A DNA stretch of 63,654 nt, counting the filler, from Lenisia limosa (Eukaryota; Protista; Breviatea), in assembly GCA_001655205.1 (NCBI GenBank). It is 9 parts of 9 records of this genome, joined end to end, with 100 filler letters (N's around TTAATTAATTAA, not from the genome) between each part and the next. Parts side by side here need not be neighbours in the genome. Positions count along the whole stretch, not along the records: positions 38,782 to 54,227 come from LPNZ01007125.1; positions 54,328 to 63,654 come from LPNZ01003718.1; 7 more parts are not named here. One strand, given 5' to 3'. Under the pieces are notes generated by a model, which saw only the letters and a list, made by a program, of their open reading frames with translations, did not search any database and was not told where the DNA came from. Each line of letters opens with the position of its first letter. Position 1 is the first letter of the stretch. This document shows, piece after piece, positions 45,880-59,054 of the stretch. The translations under genes and the position numbers were made by a program.

Positions 45880-48800
45880 ATTACGTTTGCAATGACGATA
45901 AATGGAGGTAATGTCTGACCAACGTTTGAACTTGGGGCAATTCTTCAGGAAGAGAGGGTGTGTGTACGCTATAGTATTATTGTGTGAGGTTACGACTCAA
46001 TGGCTATTGAAGAACCAAAAACGAAAGAGAGTGAACTTAGCTTACAATAGGTTCCTGGTAACTAGGGTCATTTGTACTAAAAAAAAGGTAAAGTTTAGAA
46101 AATCTCGCATTCACGCATATTAGATGGTATCGTATGTCATATTATTCATTTCTGTCTGTAGCCGCAGCAAACCTGGGGAAGAAGCGGTTTTGAGAGCAGA
46201 GCTTGGAGTAACAATTTTAAGCACAACCTTCACTGCAGTTTGAAGGATACCGTTCATCCTCGCTCTCAGCCTCCTGTGAACGGACACCGGCGTAGAAGCC
46301 CAGCACGGGCTCGGTCACGTTGGCCTCATAGTCGGCGTTTAGGAGGTACCAAAGAGCAGTTTCTTGGTCCTCTCAGCCGAAGAAACTGAAGAATATTAAG
46401 ATTATTATTTTGAAGCGGATCCCATCCCGAAATAACTGCACATCAATCCCACGCCATAATCTCGTGAAAGAGCATCCGATGGGACTTGCGGTGGCTGAAG
46501 GCGCCTCCTCTGACATGATTAATCACTATCATGGAAATGATTTTAGTTGAGGTCGATTTGTTTTTTGGTCCACGAAGCAAAATAAAAACGAACGTCAGGA
46601 ACAACTTCCGATGATTGTGTATTATCTCATTCCAGCAGACCGAAAGCAATGGGGAGTCAGACGTGAATACTTGAGCTTCACCTTGGCCTCAGTAACAATG
46701 TCCTTGAAATGGCGGGAAAAGGTATCATAATCCAACGCTGATTCTTCAAACCTGTAGAATAATCATTCCGCAGCTTTGGCATATATGTACGTTACAAACA
46801 ATTTAATATGGTTTATTTATATCTATATATATGTGGGTCCTCAAAGCTCCGGACATCATTCAAAATTCCCGGACACATCAAAACTCCCGGACAGCTTGAA
46901 GTTAATGCCTTGTATAGGCTATTGCTAGTGTTTTTTGAAAATCTGTTTCGACAGATACAAAAAGTGGTACTCCTAATGTTCCCTAACTTTTTTTTTCAAT
47001 TTTGAGCAAACGTCAAAAATCCGTGAATTTGGTCTCCCGGGGGTCCCCCTTTTGCCTTTTCACAGGATTTTTTCTGAATCTTACCCTCTTTTAAGTGTTA
47101 AGAAACAAAAATTTGCACCCCTCGGAGTATTTGGTTCCGGGTTCCACTTTACGTTGGCAATGCAATGGTGAATTTTGAGAGAAAATTGCTCAAAATAGCA
47201 CTGTCTACAAGGGTAAACTTTGCGCCATTTATTCCTTGAATGTGGCCTTTTATAACGGTTTTTGCTTGTTTTTGACAGTATTTGGACCATTAACAGAGAG
47301 CTCAGGGACTTAATTTGGTTTTGACCCGACAATATGTTAAATTGGGGTTTCATGCTTTAATTAAGATTGAGATTACTTTCGAAAACAAAAGGGAAATAGG
47401 GTTTTTGGGTGGTTTATGGTGATTTTGTAGGGGAAAACTCAAGCTGTCCGGGAGTTTTGATGTGTCCAGGAATTTTGAATGATGTCCGGAGCTTTGACTA
47501 TACATACATACAATTATATGCATTGCATAAATGAGATAATACACAATGTAATAGTTAGTACTAGATGTGTAATTTGAACTCGTATTTCTGTTACACTCCT
47601 AGCTACTTGAACAGAAAGATAGAAATCTTGTTCTTTAGAGCTTCCAAAACATGAATATTGCAACATCGTACCCTGAGCGCCTCGTCGGCCCCGTCTTCTT
47701 GATGGCAATGAAAAGTGGTGCGGTGGAGGCAGTGGAGATGTGGTTGAGGTCGGCAGTGTTCTTCCAGGCTCGGAGTAGCCGCACGGAACATGTTGCCTCT
47801 TCTTCGTCCTCCCCTTTTACAAATTCGTAGCTTTTGTCTTGAGGGTTACGACTTGTCAGAAGCAGTCAAAATGAACATATTACCCAGTCTGGAGGTGGAC
47901 TTGGAGCACTTGAGATGAGCGCTCATATTTTCACCGTCCCAGGTAATACAGTCCCAAACCTGGCAGGTCATCTTTTTCTGGAATCAATTTTTTTTTGATT
48001 TAATACTGTCACGAGCCCTTTACCATCCGAAGAGAGTCGGTTCCAATTTGAAGACCTAGATGAAACAACCAAGAATAGAGAGCCCACGAAGTTAATTCGG
48101 TTAAAAAAATCAAAATACAATTAGACCACCATCCNNNNNNNNNNNNNNNNNNNNNNNNNNNNNNNNNNNNNNNNNNNNNNNNNNNNNNNNNNNNNNNNNN
48201 NNNNNNNNNNNNNNNNNNNNNNNNNNNNNNNNNNNNNNNNNNNNNNTTTCCTTGGCGTCTAGGTAAGCAATGATCTCAATAAAATCTTCATGGCGAAGAG
48301 CGTCGTACTGGAGAGGCTTTTTTCCATGTCGTCGCTATTATCGGTGAAATAAGCAAGTCTCAGGGAAGAGTATGGAAACTGAAAGAAGAACAAATTACTG
48401 AGAAGTACACATACCATGTTGCATATCAGTTTGGAGTCTACTACAGTTTAAAATCGAAATATACATATAACGCGAGTGTTTTGTGATGTGGAGCTTTTTA
48501 GAAAAAAGAGTATTGTATATCAGTCATATGGTTCATCACTCAAATAGAGCCTATAGCTACTGTTAAGGCCCCAATTACATCAGCACAATGGATGGCACTG
48601 AAGACACGTTGCACAACGGGGTTAGAGCATGGGCTCTTAATACAGAAGTTGTTTTGCTCGAAGTACCAATGGAATGCAGCAATGGTTCCGGAGATGGTGC
48701 TAGCCTTGATTGTAAACCAATGTACCCAAAATGCCGTGAATGAACATGTTCAGCTGCTTGAATATTCAAGAAATGCAATGGCACTAAGTATACCAGACCA

Positions 48801-49600
48801 CCCGTACCTTCAGCGGGTCGGAGTCGTCCTGGGGAACTCGTTTAAGCATGATCAAGTATATCAAAAGACGGACCGCGGACTCATAGTTTCCAAGTAGGTC
48901 TTTGACAGGAGGACGGTTCTCCAGGAACTCGGCTACTTCTTCGTTAGTGTCCAACTGGAGGCAACTGGCCAGCTCCTCGGACACCATAAGAGGCATCTCT
49001 CCAGCCATGGCGGCAAGGCCGTTTTCCACCTTCTTTGAGTAGGCTAGGCCATAAAAATATTGCTGAACACTTCAATCAAATAAGAGCCCCAACAAAAACA
49101 ATATTAAGTCACAAGGATAGAAGCTCACATCAAGAGTGGACTGAGCAAAGGAGTCATTTGTGAATCTACAAGCAAACCCGTTGAATGAGTCTGAGAACTG
49201 AACTGTTGGTTTGCTACTTAAATTAGGAGAATACAACACTTAAATGAACACAACAAGAATTTGGAATTGGGGGGGAACAAAAAATAATTAAAATATTTGT
49301 TCTTCATTAAGTTAAATAAGAACCCACTTCTCCTTTGAAGCTTTCGCCTGAATCCGACGACCAGCCTGGCGAGGGTGCATTGCGTTTTGATCCTGATACC
49401 TGATACGGGAAAAGTGATATGGGAAGGGGAAAGGTAGTAGCAATTCTCTACATCAAAACAGTACTCTACCAGATAAAGAGGGACCGTGTCGAGAGTTCAA
49501 AGTAGAGATGGTTCTCGATCTCTCGCCCGCCGCTCAGTTCACCCCCTTTCGCATCCCTTCTCACCTGCCGCTTGGCGTCTTTGAAAAGCACGTATGTTTT
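45880..49600 (-). CDS. Hypothetical multi-exon gene, possibly with ankyrin-like repeats
   Basis: Exons VLFKDAKRQ, IENHLYFELSTRSLFIW, ENGLAAMAGEMPLMVSEELASCLQL..., RHGKKPLQYDALRHEDFIEIIAYL, DLNHISTASTAPLFIAIKK, FEESALDYDTFSRHFKDIV; family uncertain. Confidence 0.35.
46841..47497 (+). mobile_element. Non-autonomous DNA transposon D (~657 bp) with 59-bp TIRs
   Basis: 46841-46899 TCAAAGCTCCGGACATCATTCAAAATTCCCGGACACATCAAAACTCCCGGACAGCTTGA is the reverse complement of 47439-47497 with 1 mismatch; no transposase ORF; intronic. Confidence 0.9.
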
Positions 49601-49869
49601 TGTTAACAGCAAGCTAGTTCACTTTAATTTTCAATGAATCAAAACCCCTTTCTCCTACCTCCCTGATCTAGTCGATCTGCCCAGGTTCCTACTACACTGG
49701 CTTTACCCAAAATCAACTGGTTAATTAGTTGTTAACCCACTATTATGAGCGAGAAGAAAACGTTGCTGAAGCAACCCAATATTTATTGCTTGCCAAGTCA
49801 ATCTGACTTCTGAAATCAGTAATGTCCAGTTATCTATCACTGTATCATACCCAGGGAATTGGTTTTCTA

Positions 49870-50688
49870 TTTGGACAGTTCAAGCATATGGCTTTATTGT
49901 GAAACTGAAACATTTGTTGATAGATGCTCTCTGGATGGAATATCGTTCCTGATGGTGAAATATCGGTGAGCTTGGAGAATTGGTTATTGTGCTCAGATAG
50001 ATTTCGCACCCCCATTTTCATTCTCTCAAGGATTTTGAACTGGCCACAATCCCATCAGCTTGCCAGGAGGTCTATCTCAAGATGGTGTGCGTTTATTTAA
50101 TGTTCCTCACTATGCAGCATATTGGAAACGTAGTTGCTGTCATAGCTTCTTAAAACTCTTGGGTACTCATCTTTGAAGACCGGCTTTTAAAAATTTACCA
50201 CCGTTAAATGTGAGCGTGGGCTGTATCTTGCTTTTCAATATGCGTGTTCCTCTTTACTTTCAATAATAACATCCAAAGGCAAAGGGCGGTCAAAGGTTGT
50301 TGAGTGATGGTGATGAGCTTACTCTACTTGTTTATTTCTGCTGTATCATTCTTTGACAAAAATAGGCGGAGGAGTTTTACAGTTCCACCTACCATGATCG
50401 TCCTTCGGTGAATTAGGCTTCATTGGACGGAATAAAGAACTGGATCTGACATTTGGGGTTTGTTGTGGGACATTTAGTGTTCCTGAGTCAGAAGCTGCAG
50501 CATTCAAAAGAATCATGGCCAAGCGTTTGAGGAAAGAAGCTGATAGCAACAAGAATCATCGAAAAGAAGCTAAGCAAGCTGAAGAACAAGAACAGATTGA
50601 GGAACCAGCTAATCGTGTCATTGGGGTGATACGACAAGACGACACCACTGGACAAGGCAGAGAAAGGGGTCGAGGAAGAGGAAAGTAA
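49870..50688 (+). CDS. Hypothetical gene, 3' exons
   Basis: Final open segment FGELGFIGRNKELDLTFGVCCGTFSVPESEAAAFKRIMAKRLRKEAD...GRGRGK*; upstream exon ISHPHFHSLKDFELATIPSACQEVYLKM. Confidence 0.35.
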
Positions 50689-52172
50689 TTTGTTTTGAAT
50701 GTTTTGATTTGAGTTACCCTGCCTGCTTTTCACTGTTGCATCTTTATTAACTCATAATATTCTTGAAAAGGGATCTTGAAAAAAGAAAAAGTGTAAATAT
50801 GATCGGATTCAGGTATATGATCGGGTTCAGGTGTACCAACTTATTATCATAGTCTGTACACTGATTATATGAATATATATTGTAATTATATACATAAGTC
50901 GTACCCCCTGAGTGCAAACACCAACCTGAGTGCGAAGAGAAACACCAAAAATGTCCCAATTTTAAGATTTACCAAAATGTACGCCTTGATCTCCTCTTTA
51001 AGAGTGAAGCATTGAAATAATATCGTATATTTTTGAACTGATATTTATATTTCCAATTTTTTGAGCAAGATTATGATCTTTTTTTTTTTTTCTTTTTTTT
51101 CTGTTTTTTAATTTAATAATTTCTGTTGCAATGACGCGTTGACTCTTTGTTGTTTTTTTTAAAATAACCCATCAAAAGTGGGCCACCGTCGAAACCGTGC
51201 GCAAGTACAAAGCCGGTCAGACTTTAAAAACACTGAGTATGGGCCTAAAATCGTCCTTGTGATAAAGCGAAGACGTTCTTGCCTCTTGAGCAACCTAGAG
51301 GCAAATAAGTAGAGTAAACGAGCAAAATATATGCCTCATGAGCCTGCGGAGGGGGTTTAACTTGTCTTGGTAGACCACTTCAAGAACATTTACGATGTGG
51401 TTTTTTGGCCTTCTTCTTTGTAGTTGAAAAATTATGGACCAGGAATGCAGTTTTTGTTTTCATACCCTCGTCGTTTCTTCCCGCTCACACTGACATCTTT
51501 ATGTTTCAGGTAGCTCACCACCTCCTTGGCTACCTCCCCAGCCTCACCAAGGGGAACAGGACTCACAACCAATTTTCTCCACGCCATGTACTTTTGGTAC
51601 TCTTTACACGCAGACTAAAAAGTAACAAGAATTTCTAATAGACTATGTTTACATGAAATTCTTTTTGGCCAAGGAGCTCTTCAATAGCATTTTGCCTCTG
51701 TTCCTCCCTATTTAGTTAGATTTTCGGTGGATAATTGAACAGTTCCATACCACATCAATGGGTTTATTATTATCAATCATTTGTGTGACTTGCCACTATT
51801 AAACTTAACTTGAACTTGAACTTAAATATAACCCTACAACCAGAAAGAAAAAACCCGTAGTTGTAGCTGAGAGATCAGAGATCTTGTTGCTTATATCGTA
51901 ATTGCGGTCATATTCTATGATGACTTTTATAAAATTTATACTTTTTTTTATATTCTAATCGATCAGGTCCGAAAGCAGCAGATGTGTCCAATTATATTCT
52001 TTGTTTCTGTGTATGACTCTGACTCTCTGATATCAATTTGTCAATTTGTTGATGAATATTTATGTTATGTTTCAGGCTACATTCAAATAAAGACCAGTAA
52101 ATATCAATATGTACCGGGTTTATTGAAATCTACATAATCAGTCTTGGGAAGTGGTGGTAAATACACTACATC

Positions 52173-53640
52173 TTAAAGAACTTGCACATGGGTACCACTT
52201 GGAGAATGAGCTTGAAGAAGTTTGATGACTTTCTTGAAGTCACTGAATCTGATAGAAGTAAATATAAGAATTTGGAAATGACAAAGCAGAAGAAGAAGAA
52301 ATGCAATACCAATACATAAGATGGCCAAAAAATCTAATTGAAAACTCCCATGCGATTTGTAAGAAGAATAACAATTTCTCAGAATACTCCTGTTCTTATT
52401 TTTGCAACAGTGCATAAAAAACATGACCTCAAAAAATCGTGACAAAGTGCGTGGTACACGCCACCCCACACCCTTGGTGACAAAATATGCGATCGACTTT
52501 GGCAAACACTCTCCATTTCCTCCCCGCTGTTTCGGCAACACCACCAACTAAGACTCGGTTATGCTGATCAATAAACCAGTCATACAGGTTCAGAAAAGGC
52601 GACTGAGTTGGCGAAGACTTTCACTGTCTTAATGGATGCAACAGGTCAGGTCGAACATTAGCACGAGTATCGGCTAAAAAATCATTTCATGATTTTTATT
52701 CCCAAAGCTTGATAAACAAATAGTAAATTCAAAAATCTGAGACAACTCTTTATTAAGTTTAATTTTCATGATGGCGAACAGGACCGCCTAGTTGATGTAT
52801 TTTGTAAATCCGTTTCGGCGGAAGAGGCCATGTCAAGACGCTCCCGCATGTGACAATCCTCGCTTATTGTGACTTTGTATAAGGTTGGTGACCGCGGTGG
52901 CGAATTCTGCCGCGTCAAGCTCCCCATTCTTGTTCAGCTCGGCAACCAGTTTTGCGGAAAAAAATTCCTCAGCCTTGGGGACCGACTGGTGGTCACTCAG
53001 GAAGTAAGCTGTTGTTGTCAGTGGGGTCTTTCCAGCATTCGCAACTGCCTTCCACGCAGGAAAAAAGAACCTCTTCCCTCGAAACCAAAAAACGACATCT
53101 CTTAAATAAGTGGATTACGTCTTGAATTNNNNNNNNNNTACTAATTTGTTGATTTGAATAAAAGGAGACACAAGAACGGGCAGTTGAAACACCTCCTTTT
53201 ATATTTCAAAACTTGTTTTTACCGAAGGGTAGGACGGCACCGTTTTACAATCCGAGCAGGATTCTTGAGGTCCACAATCAAAGTTATCAGAAAGGTCAAC
53301 CTCACTTTGGGTGATAAGGCCATACTTGATCGATAACATAGCCCAATCATTGAATAGACGCGACACTTTGTCAGTCATGAATTCTTTACACCATACCACT
53401 CTAAGAGCTTCTGCTGAGTCCGATGAGTTGCAAAAATGACCAACCACTCTCTCACCATTCAGTTGCGACTTGATTCAGAGCAGACTACTGTCAATCTCGG
53501 AGGGCACTCACAATGTCTTCTTTAATAGGAGGTGATAGCTCGTTTGCCACTTCCGCAAGAGAGCAATTTTTGGTCAGGTCCCATTACCTGTCATCATCTG
53601 TTTGGAGTAGTGACGACGACAGGGTGTAGTACGGGCTGGA
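52173..53640 (-). CDS. Hypothetical multi-exon gene with one EF-hand-like loop
   Basis: KAEEFFSAKLVAELNKNGELDAAEFATAVTNLIQ; EALRVVWCKEFMTDKVSRLFNDWAM; last exon FSDFKKVIKLLQAHSPSGTHVQVL*. Confidence 0.35.
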
Positions 53641-53958
53641 CGTTAGAATCAAACTTGTGGGCTGTCACAATTGGAGGGTAAAAAANNNNNNNNNNNNNNN
53701 NNNNNNNNNNNNNNNNNNNNNNNNNNNNNNNNNNNNNNNNNNNNNNNNNNNNNNNNNNNNNNNNNNNNNNNNNNNNNNNNNNNNNNNNNNNNNNNNNNNN
53801 NNNNNNNNNNNNNNNNNNNNNNNNNNNNNNNNNNNNNNNNNNNNNNNNNNNNNNNNNNNNNNNNNNNNNNNNNNNNNNNNNNNNNNNNNNNNNNNNNNNN
53901 NNNNNNNTTGCTGAGATGCTCTTTGCAAGATACATTAGTACACAATACCAACAACAAA

Positions 53959-54005
53959 TCCTCGAGGAAGGCCCAAGTTTTGTCGTATTCGGCCTTCCTC
54001 GAGGA
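53959..54005. repeat. Perfect 15-bp inverted repeat with 17-nt loop
   Basis: TCCTCGAGGAAGGCC (53959-53973) / GGCCTTCCTCGAGGA (53991-54005). Confidence 0.95.
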
Positions 54006-54517
54006 CTGCTTGGATGAGTTGTGATGTATTATATAATCAATCAAGCAACAAAGATAGGAGGATATGTTCATCAATGAATCAAACATTGTGAAATAAAAAT
54101 AGTAATAATAGTTTTTTTTCAATATTCTTTGTTTTTGTTTTTTTTTTCTCAAACTATTATTACTATTTTGCATTCATTATTTTTTATACATTGGCTATTT
54201 AGATTTTCGAAGCTTAATTTTTACTTTNNNNNNNNNNNNNNNNNNNNNNNNNNNNNNNNNNNNNNNNNNNNTTAATTAATTAANNNNNNNNNNNNNNNNN
54301 NNNNNNNNNNNNNNNNNNNNNNNNNNNAAATAACAACTACAAGCTATATACTACTATGTATATTACAATACTATGTATATTTATGGTATATAATATGGAT
54401 AATGGAAATTCCCAAAAAGGGTACAAAAACCTGGTTCACCACAAAACAGACAACTTTCTTGAAACGTCTTCATAAATTGTGCAAAAAAAAAACCGAAGAT
54501 ACGATTATCCCTCCTAC

Positions 54518-55890
54518 CAACAGGCCATCCTCTGGAAATGGATCGCCATACATTGGCCATGAAATTTGTCGATATCGCCCTAAGAAGTCAAATTGAAGAA
54601 ATATGTTTATTGTATCCTGTAGAATATTACAAGTTGAAAATGGAAATAGCAAATTGTTAAAAAAAGAACTCTCTCGAACATAAGATCACCCCACCTAAAG
54701 TTTACAGCACCGCCCCAATGGGCATGCAGACTCATGCCAGTGAAGGCGCCGACGTAACCAGCCCACGTCATAACTGTACATACCGCCTGTTGACCACGCG
54801 TAAACCGGATCTGCGGGAGAATCAGATGATGGGGGGGGGGAGAGACTTAATCTGTCCAAAATAGAAATGCGGGACCAAGAAACTAATAGTTGGAATGCAC
54901 ACAAATGAGGATAAGCTGCCATGCCATCTATTTCCCAAGAAGTCACCCCATTACCTTTACTGAAAGAGGTTCCAGAATTTCCATAGCCCAATCCATTGTC
55001 CGAACTAAAAGTGGTCCCTCATTTCTATGAGGCGGTGAAACAATCCATGGTTACTACTTCGTCTTTAGACCTGATGCTCGCTGCTTACTCGTTCGGGCCT
55101 GGAACAATGATGCTTGTACATGCCGCCGCAGACTCGTAGACAAACTGAAGCAGGGCAAGCTTGCTAGGAGACACATCTGAAACTTTATGGGCAAGAAGTA
55201 TAACCCCTAAAAAGCACAAATACCATTGAAAGCATTCAGAAGTATGATATTTATCAATTGGGATAGTTTCATTATAAAAACTCATTTATCATAGAACCCC
55301 CCACCAGCAGCATGGGATAGTCCCTTTATCTCCTCTCCGTAATACACCAGGCCCATGCCTGACCCCGCTTTCAGTAGACCCCGGGCCGCCAGTACCGCCG
55401 ACTTGGCCAAAAATCCAGCCTGGGGGTAAACGGATGCCAAAACAACGCACCTTGAAAAAAAAAAAAAAACATAGCCAATCCTACATTATCAATTTCACTG
55501 TTAATGAACGCCTCAGCAGCTTTGATCTCTTCTCTTTAGAATGACATTTTTGGAGAGTTATTTTTACAGTCAAATCCATGCACCTTCGTAATATTTAAAA
55601 GTGAGGAAACGATATTTGCTTCATACTATGAATAGACAATGCTTTCGCATCGAAAATTGCAAAAGCATTGGAAATTCCACATTGAATTCCAATCCACCTT
55701 TGATTCAATCACGATCAATGATCAATATACACTATGGGTCATAATCAAGAAGACCTCCCCCTACTTGAATTCCTTAGCAACATAGAACCACCTGTCATAG
55801 GCGGGAGTGTCCAGGTCAATACTAATCTCTCTAATGGCTGGATCCATGCTTAACTTGCGAAGGTGTTTGTCGAGTTCAGACAACAAGGCT
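54518..55890 (-). CDS. NAAA: NAAA/acid ceramidase-like Ntn cysteine hydrolase (3' end lost at linker)
   Basis: ISIDLDTPAYDRW (DLDxxPxxRW), YYGEEIKGL, VYESAAA-CTSII (catalytic Cys), VRTMDWAMEILEPLSVK, MTWAGYVGAFTGM, VNFR; all junctions GT-AG and in phase. NAAA versus ASAH1 subfamily not resolved. Confidence 0.88.
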
Positions 55891-56492
55891 TAGTATAGGC
55901 AGAGAGAGAGAGAGAGGGGGGGGGGGAGTGTTTCTGCCACTTCTGCTGGTATATATCTAATCAATATATATCTATCAATCTATTCTTTCTATCTGTATTA
56001 CTCACCAGAGACTCACCACTTACTCACACATACTAATACTTGTGAGGAGTGGTGCAATTTGCGGAGGATCTATTAATCAATTATCCCGGTTGCGTTCCGG
56101 GTTTTTCCCAACCTTTTTTTTATTCCAATGCAACATCCTTTCCTTCCCTCCCAGTTCCCCCTTCCCATTCAACCATCTCCTAATAATATATATTAATTTT
56201 TTTAATTTTAAGAATTTGAGTGTGTAAATTGTCTCTACCATTACCAGTACCAGCTCCTCAGTTATAACTTTCTCTGCAGTGTAGGCTGGTAGGGGTGAAA
56301 CTCTTTTATTAAGAACTGTTTTTAATATAGGATTTGGGATATTTCTTCTAATTTCGCTGGAATTTCTAGTCACTGGGGTTGTTCTGTTTGTCTGTAAAAA
56401 CTCCGTCATTTGCAACCCATACCTCCTTTTCCCTCTTTTTCGTTCAATCTTCGATCTTCTTCTGATTGATAACTCACGAATTAGCCCTTCCA

Positions 56493-58946
56493 ATGCCTCC
56501 TTTTGGCCAGGCCCCAATTTGCCCCCGGTGCAAGAAGCGAGTGTATGTTGAATGTGATTCATATGGAAACGGATTGCTAAATAGATTATTTGTGGTTTTT
56601 CCAGCGCAAGAATTACTGCAAACTTCACCCTCCCTACTACCTTTCCCTGAGACCAGTATTAACTTCATTCACTGAATATACAGTGCCAAAATGAGGAAGC
56701 CTAACAAAAGCAGGTACGATGCAGAGAAAGCCAGCGGGTTTCCAAACTATCATTCAACCTGCCTGAAATGCAAACGATGCAAGAAATCTCTCTTCACAGT
56801 TGAATCCGCTGTTGGAGGGGGGCGTTTTTTTTTTTTTTTCATGAATGATAGGCATGATAGGTTTTCCTCCTGAGTTATTCCAATTTCACTCCTTTTTGTG
56901 TCTTTCTTTTACACCCTCATCAACCTTTTTTTTTTACCTATCAGCCTTATGATGATGGGACGGGGGAGGATATCTACTGTCACGTTTGCTTCACTGAAGT
57001 CTCGCACAGATACGTAAGCCTGGTTGAATATGGAATTGGCCTTTTAGTAGACTGAAATGCGAAAAGAATAAGATCCAAGCTAATGATTTGTAGAACTATG
57101 ATCCGAAAGTGAAGGGCAACTGTAAGTCATGTGGGGACAAGATTTGGGACAAGTTCGTCCAAGTCGGCGGAGACAAATGGCATCCTGGTGGGCGGCAGGG
57201 TGCATTGTACTGGTCCGTGTTGGGGTTAGATGTGATAATTAGGAGAGTTGGACTTGGTAATTGCATTCTGTCCGTAATTAGGGGACTGAACATCTACATA
57301 ATTGCTACTTTTTCAACCAGGTCAAATGTATATCATATTATTTTGTCTTCTAACCCTACAAGAACACTTTATCTGTTCAATCTGCTCCAAAGATGTCCAG
57401 ACTAAGTACCATTTACACGAAGGAAAGCTCTTATGGTATGGGGTGCGCTTTGTTAAAGGATGTGCTTGTTGCAAAGATGGAATATTTCTGAGACTGATGG
57501 TGTTATTGTGCTAGTCGTGTATTATTATTCTGAACCAAAGCCTCTGTCGTAGTCATATACTAACCTTCAGTCCGCAACATTTCCAGGCCAAATCTGCATC
57601 AATGTGCCCACAGGTATTGGGTTTGTATTTCATATTGTCATTTCTCTATTTGATATATTATTCTGTCCAATTCCGCTCAAATCAGATCTAGTATTCTTCC
57701 TAACATCGCAGTGTCAAGCTGGAATCCCAGCTGGCACACCCTATGAGCAAAGTGCGGGTGAAAAATACCACCCTGCGTGCCTCCGTGCCGTGGAAAGAGA
57801 AGGAAAATGTGAGTATTCTTCGTTGTTGTCTCTCTCTTTCTCTCTCTTGCAGCCTGATTTTTTTGTCTGGATAACTCTGCGGTCATTTGATGATGTAGTA
57901 CCGGTGGGTGCCCTCAGCGGCGCAGCAGCATGGACTGGAATGCTGGAGAAGCAGGGAGGGTCCAGGCCCGGACTATTCCAGTGGGGAGAGGGGATTAGTG
58001 TTTTGTGCTTCTGCTATCAATCTCTACAAAAGGATAAAACACTCAAATTGAGCAAATGCTCGCTACATATTTGCTTTGAAAAAACCTTCATCATCATTTG
58101 CTACCAGCCTTAACTTTTGCAGTTCTTCGGCGTTCAGACCTCGCCGCTTTGCCCTCCAGGGCAATCAGTTCCACTACTATAAAATAACAGCTGCAGTACG
58201 GGAGGGGGAGTATTGTATTTGAAGAGGTAATAAATAACATGTAGAAATTCGAAATCAAATAAGATGAATGATGTGTTTATTTTGTCAAAATTTCCGTTTA
58301 CTTACCCCACTCAGGACCGAGTAGGGAAAAGGCGAGGTGCAATTAATCTTAAAAATTGTCAAGTCAAAATCTTGGAATCTCCCCCAAACCAACAGTCCTC
58401 AATGTTTCACTATCTTGAAATCACAGAATCTGGAGGTGGGTTGAGTTTGGATATTAAATATACTATATATATGATCTATTCTTTTTATCCCGAAAGTCAC
58501 CTATACAGCCACCCGAAAGAAGGCTGTTCTTCTTAGGTCAAAAACGAAGGCAACAATTATTGAGGTAGCTGCTAAGTTAAAGCAAAACTCAAAATAGATG
58601 TGTTGCAAATGGATTTTTACGGTGTTTCTGAATATTATGTATTTTTTCCCCTAGCTTTATTATTATTATTATAATATTTTTTTGCCACACGTCTATCCCT
58701 CCAGGTCTATACTTCTATTCTTGTTTTTGGGTTTTAATGCAGTGTGTGTTTTTTATTTTGTTGTTGTATCTAGGAGGAATATTTAAATGTATATCTATCT
58801 ACTCCTCCTAGGTTGTATGTTGTAAGGTTGTAAGCGTCAATGCGTCAAAGTGTCCAGAGTGTAACAAGAATCCCAGAGTACCAAGCGTGTCAGCTCATCA
58901 GCTCATTATTCCAAATTTGTTCCGCATTCAAAGTTCATGTTTTTAA
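56493..58946 (+). CDS. LIM-LIM-(half LIM)-PH domain protein
   Basis: CPRCKKRVYDAEK...YHSTCLKCKRC...IYCHVC; CKSCGDKI...KWHPEHFICSIC...LLCPQH; CPQC...YHPACL; then GMLEKQGG...FRPRRFALQGNQFHYYK...RGAINLKNCQVK. Final exon uncertain. Confidence 0.85.
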
Positions 58947-59054
58947 AAAATCACTGTAATCGATAAAAAAAATATCGAAAAATTTCGGATTTTTATGTCT
59001 TTTTTGTTTGAAAATTACAAAATTTGCGGAAATTATCATTAAAGCGGTTATATA

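Noticed and set aside
45880-49600. Glutaminase with ankyrin repeats
   Set aside because: No glutaminase SxxK/PHNP/SGV motifs were found in any exon.
50000-50030. Metallo-beta-lactamase-like ISHPHFH
   Set aside because: The HxHxDH Asp and downstream His motifs are missing, and the exon phases are unresolved.
55330-55410. YjeF/NAD(P)HX-dehydratase-like AVLAARGLLKAGSGMGLV
   Set aside because: The segment splices in phase into the NAAA alpha chain (YYGEEIKG).
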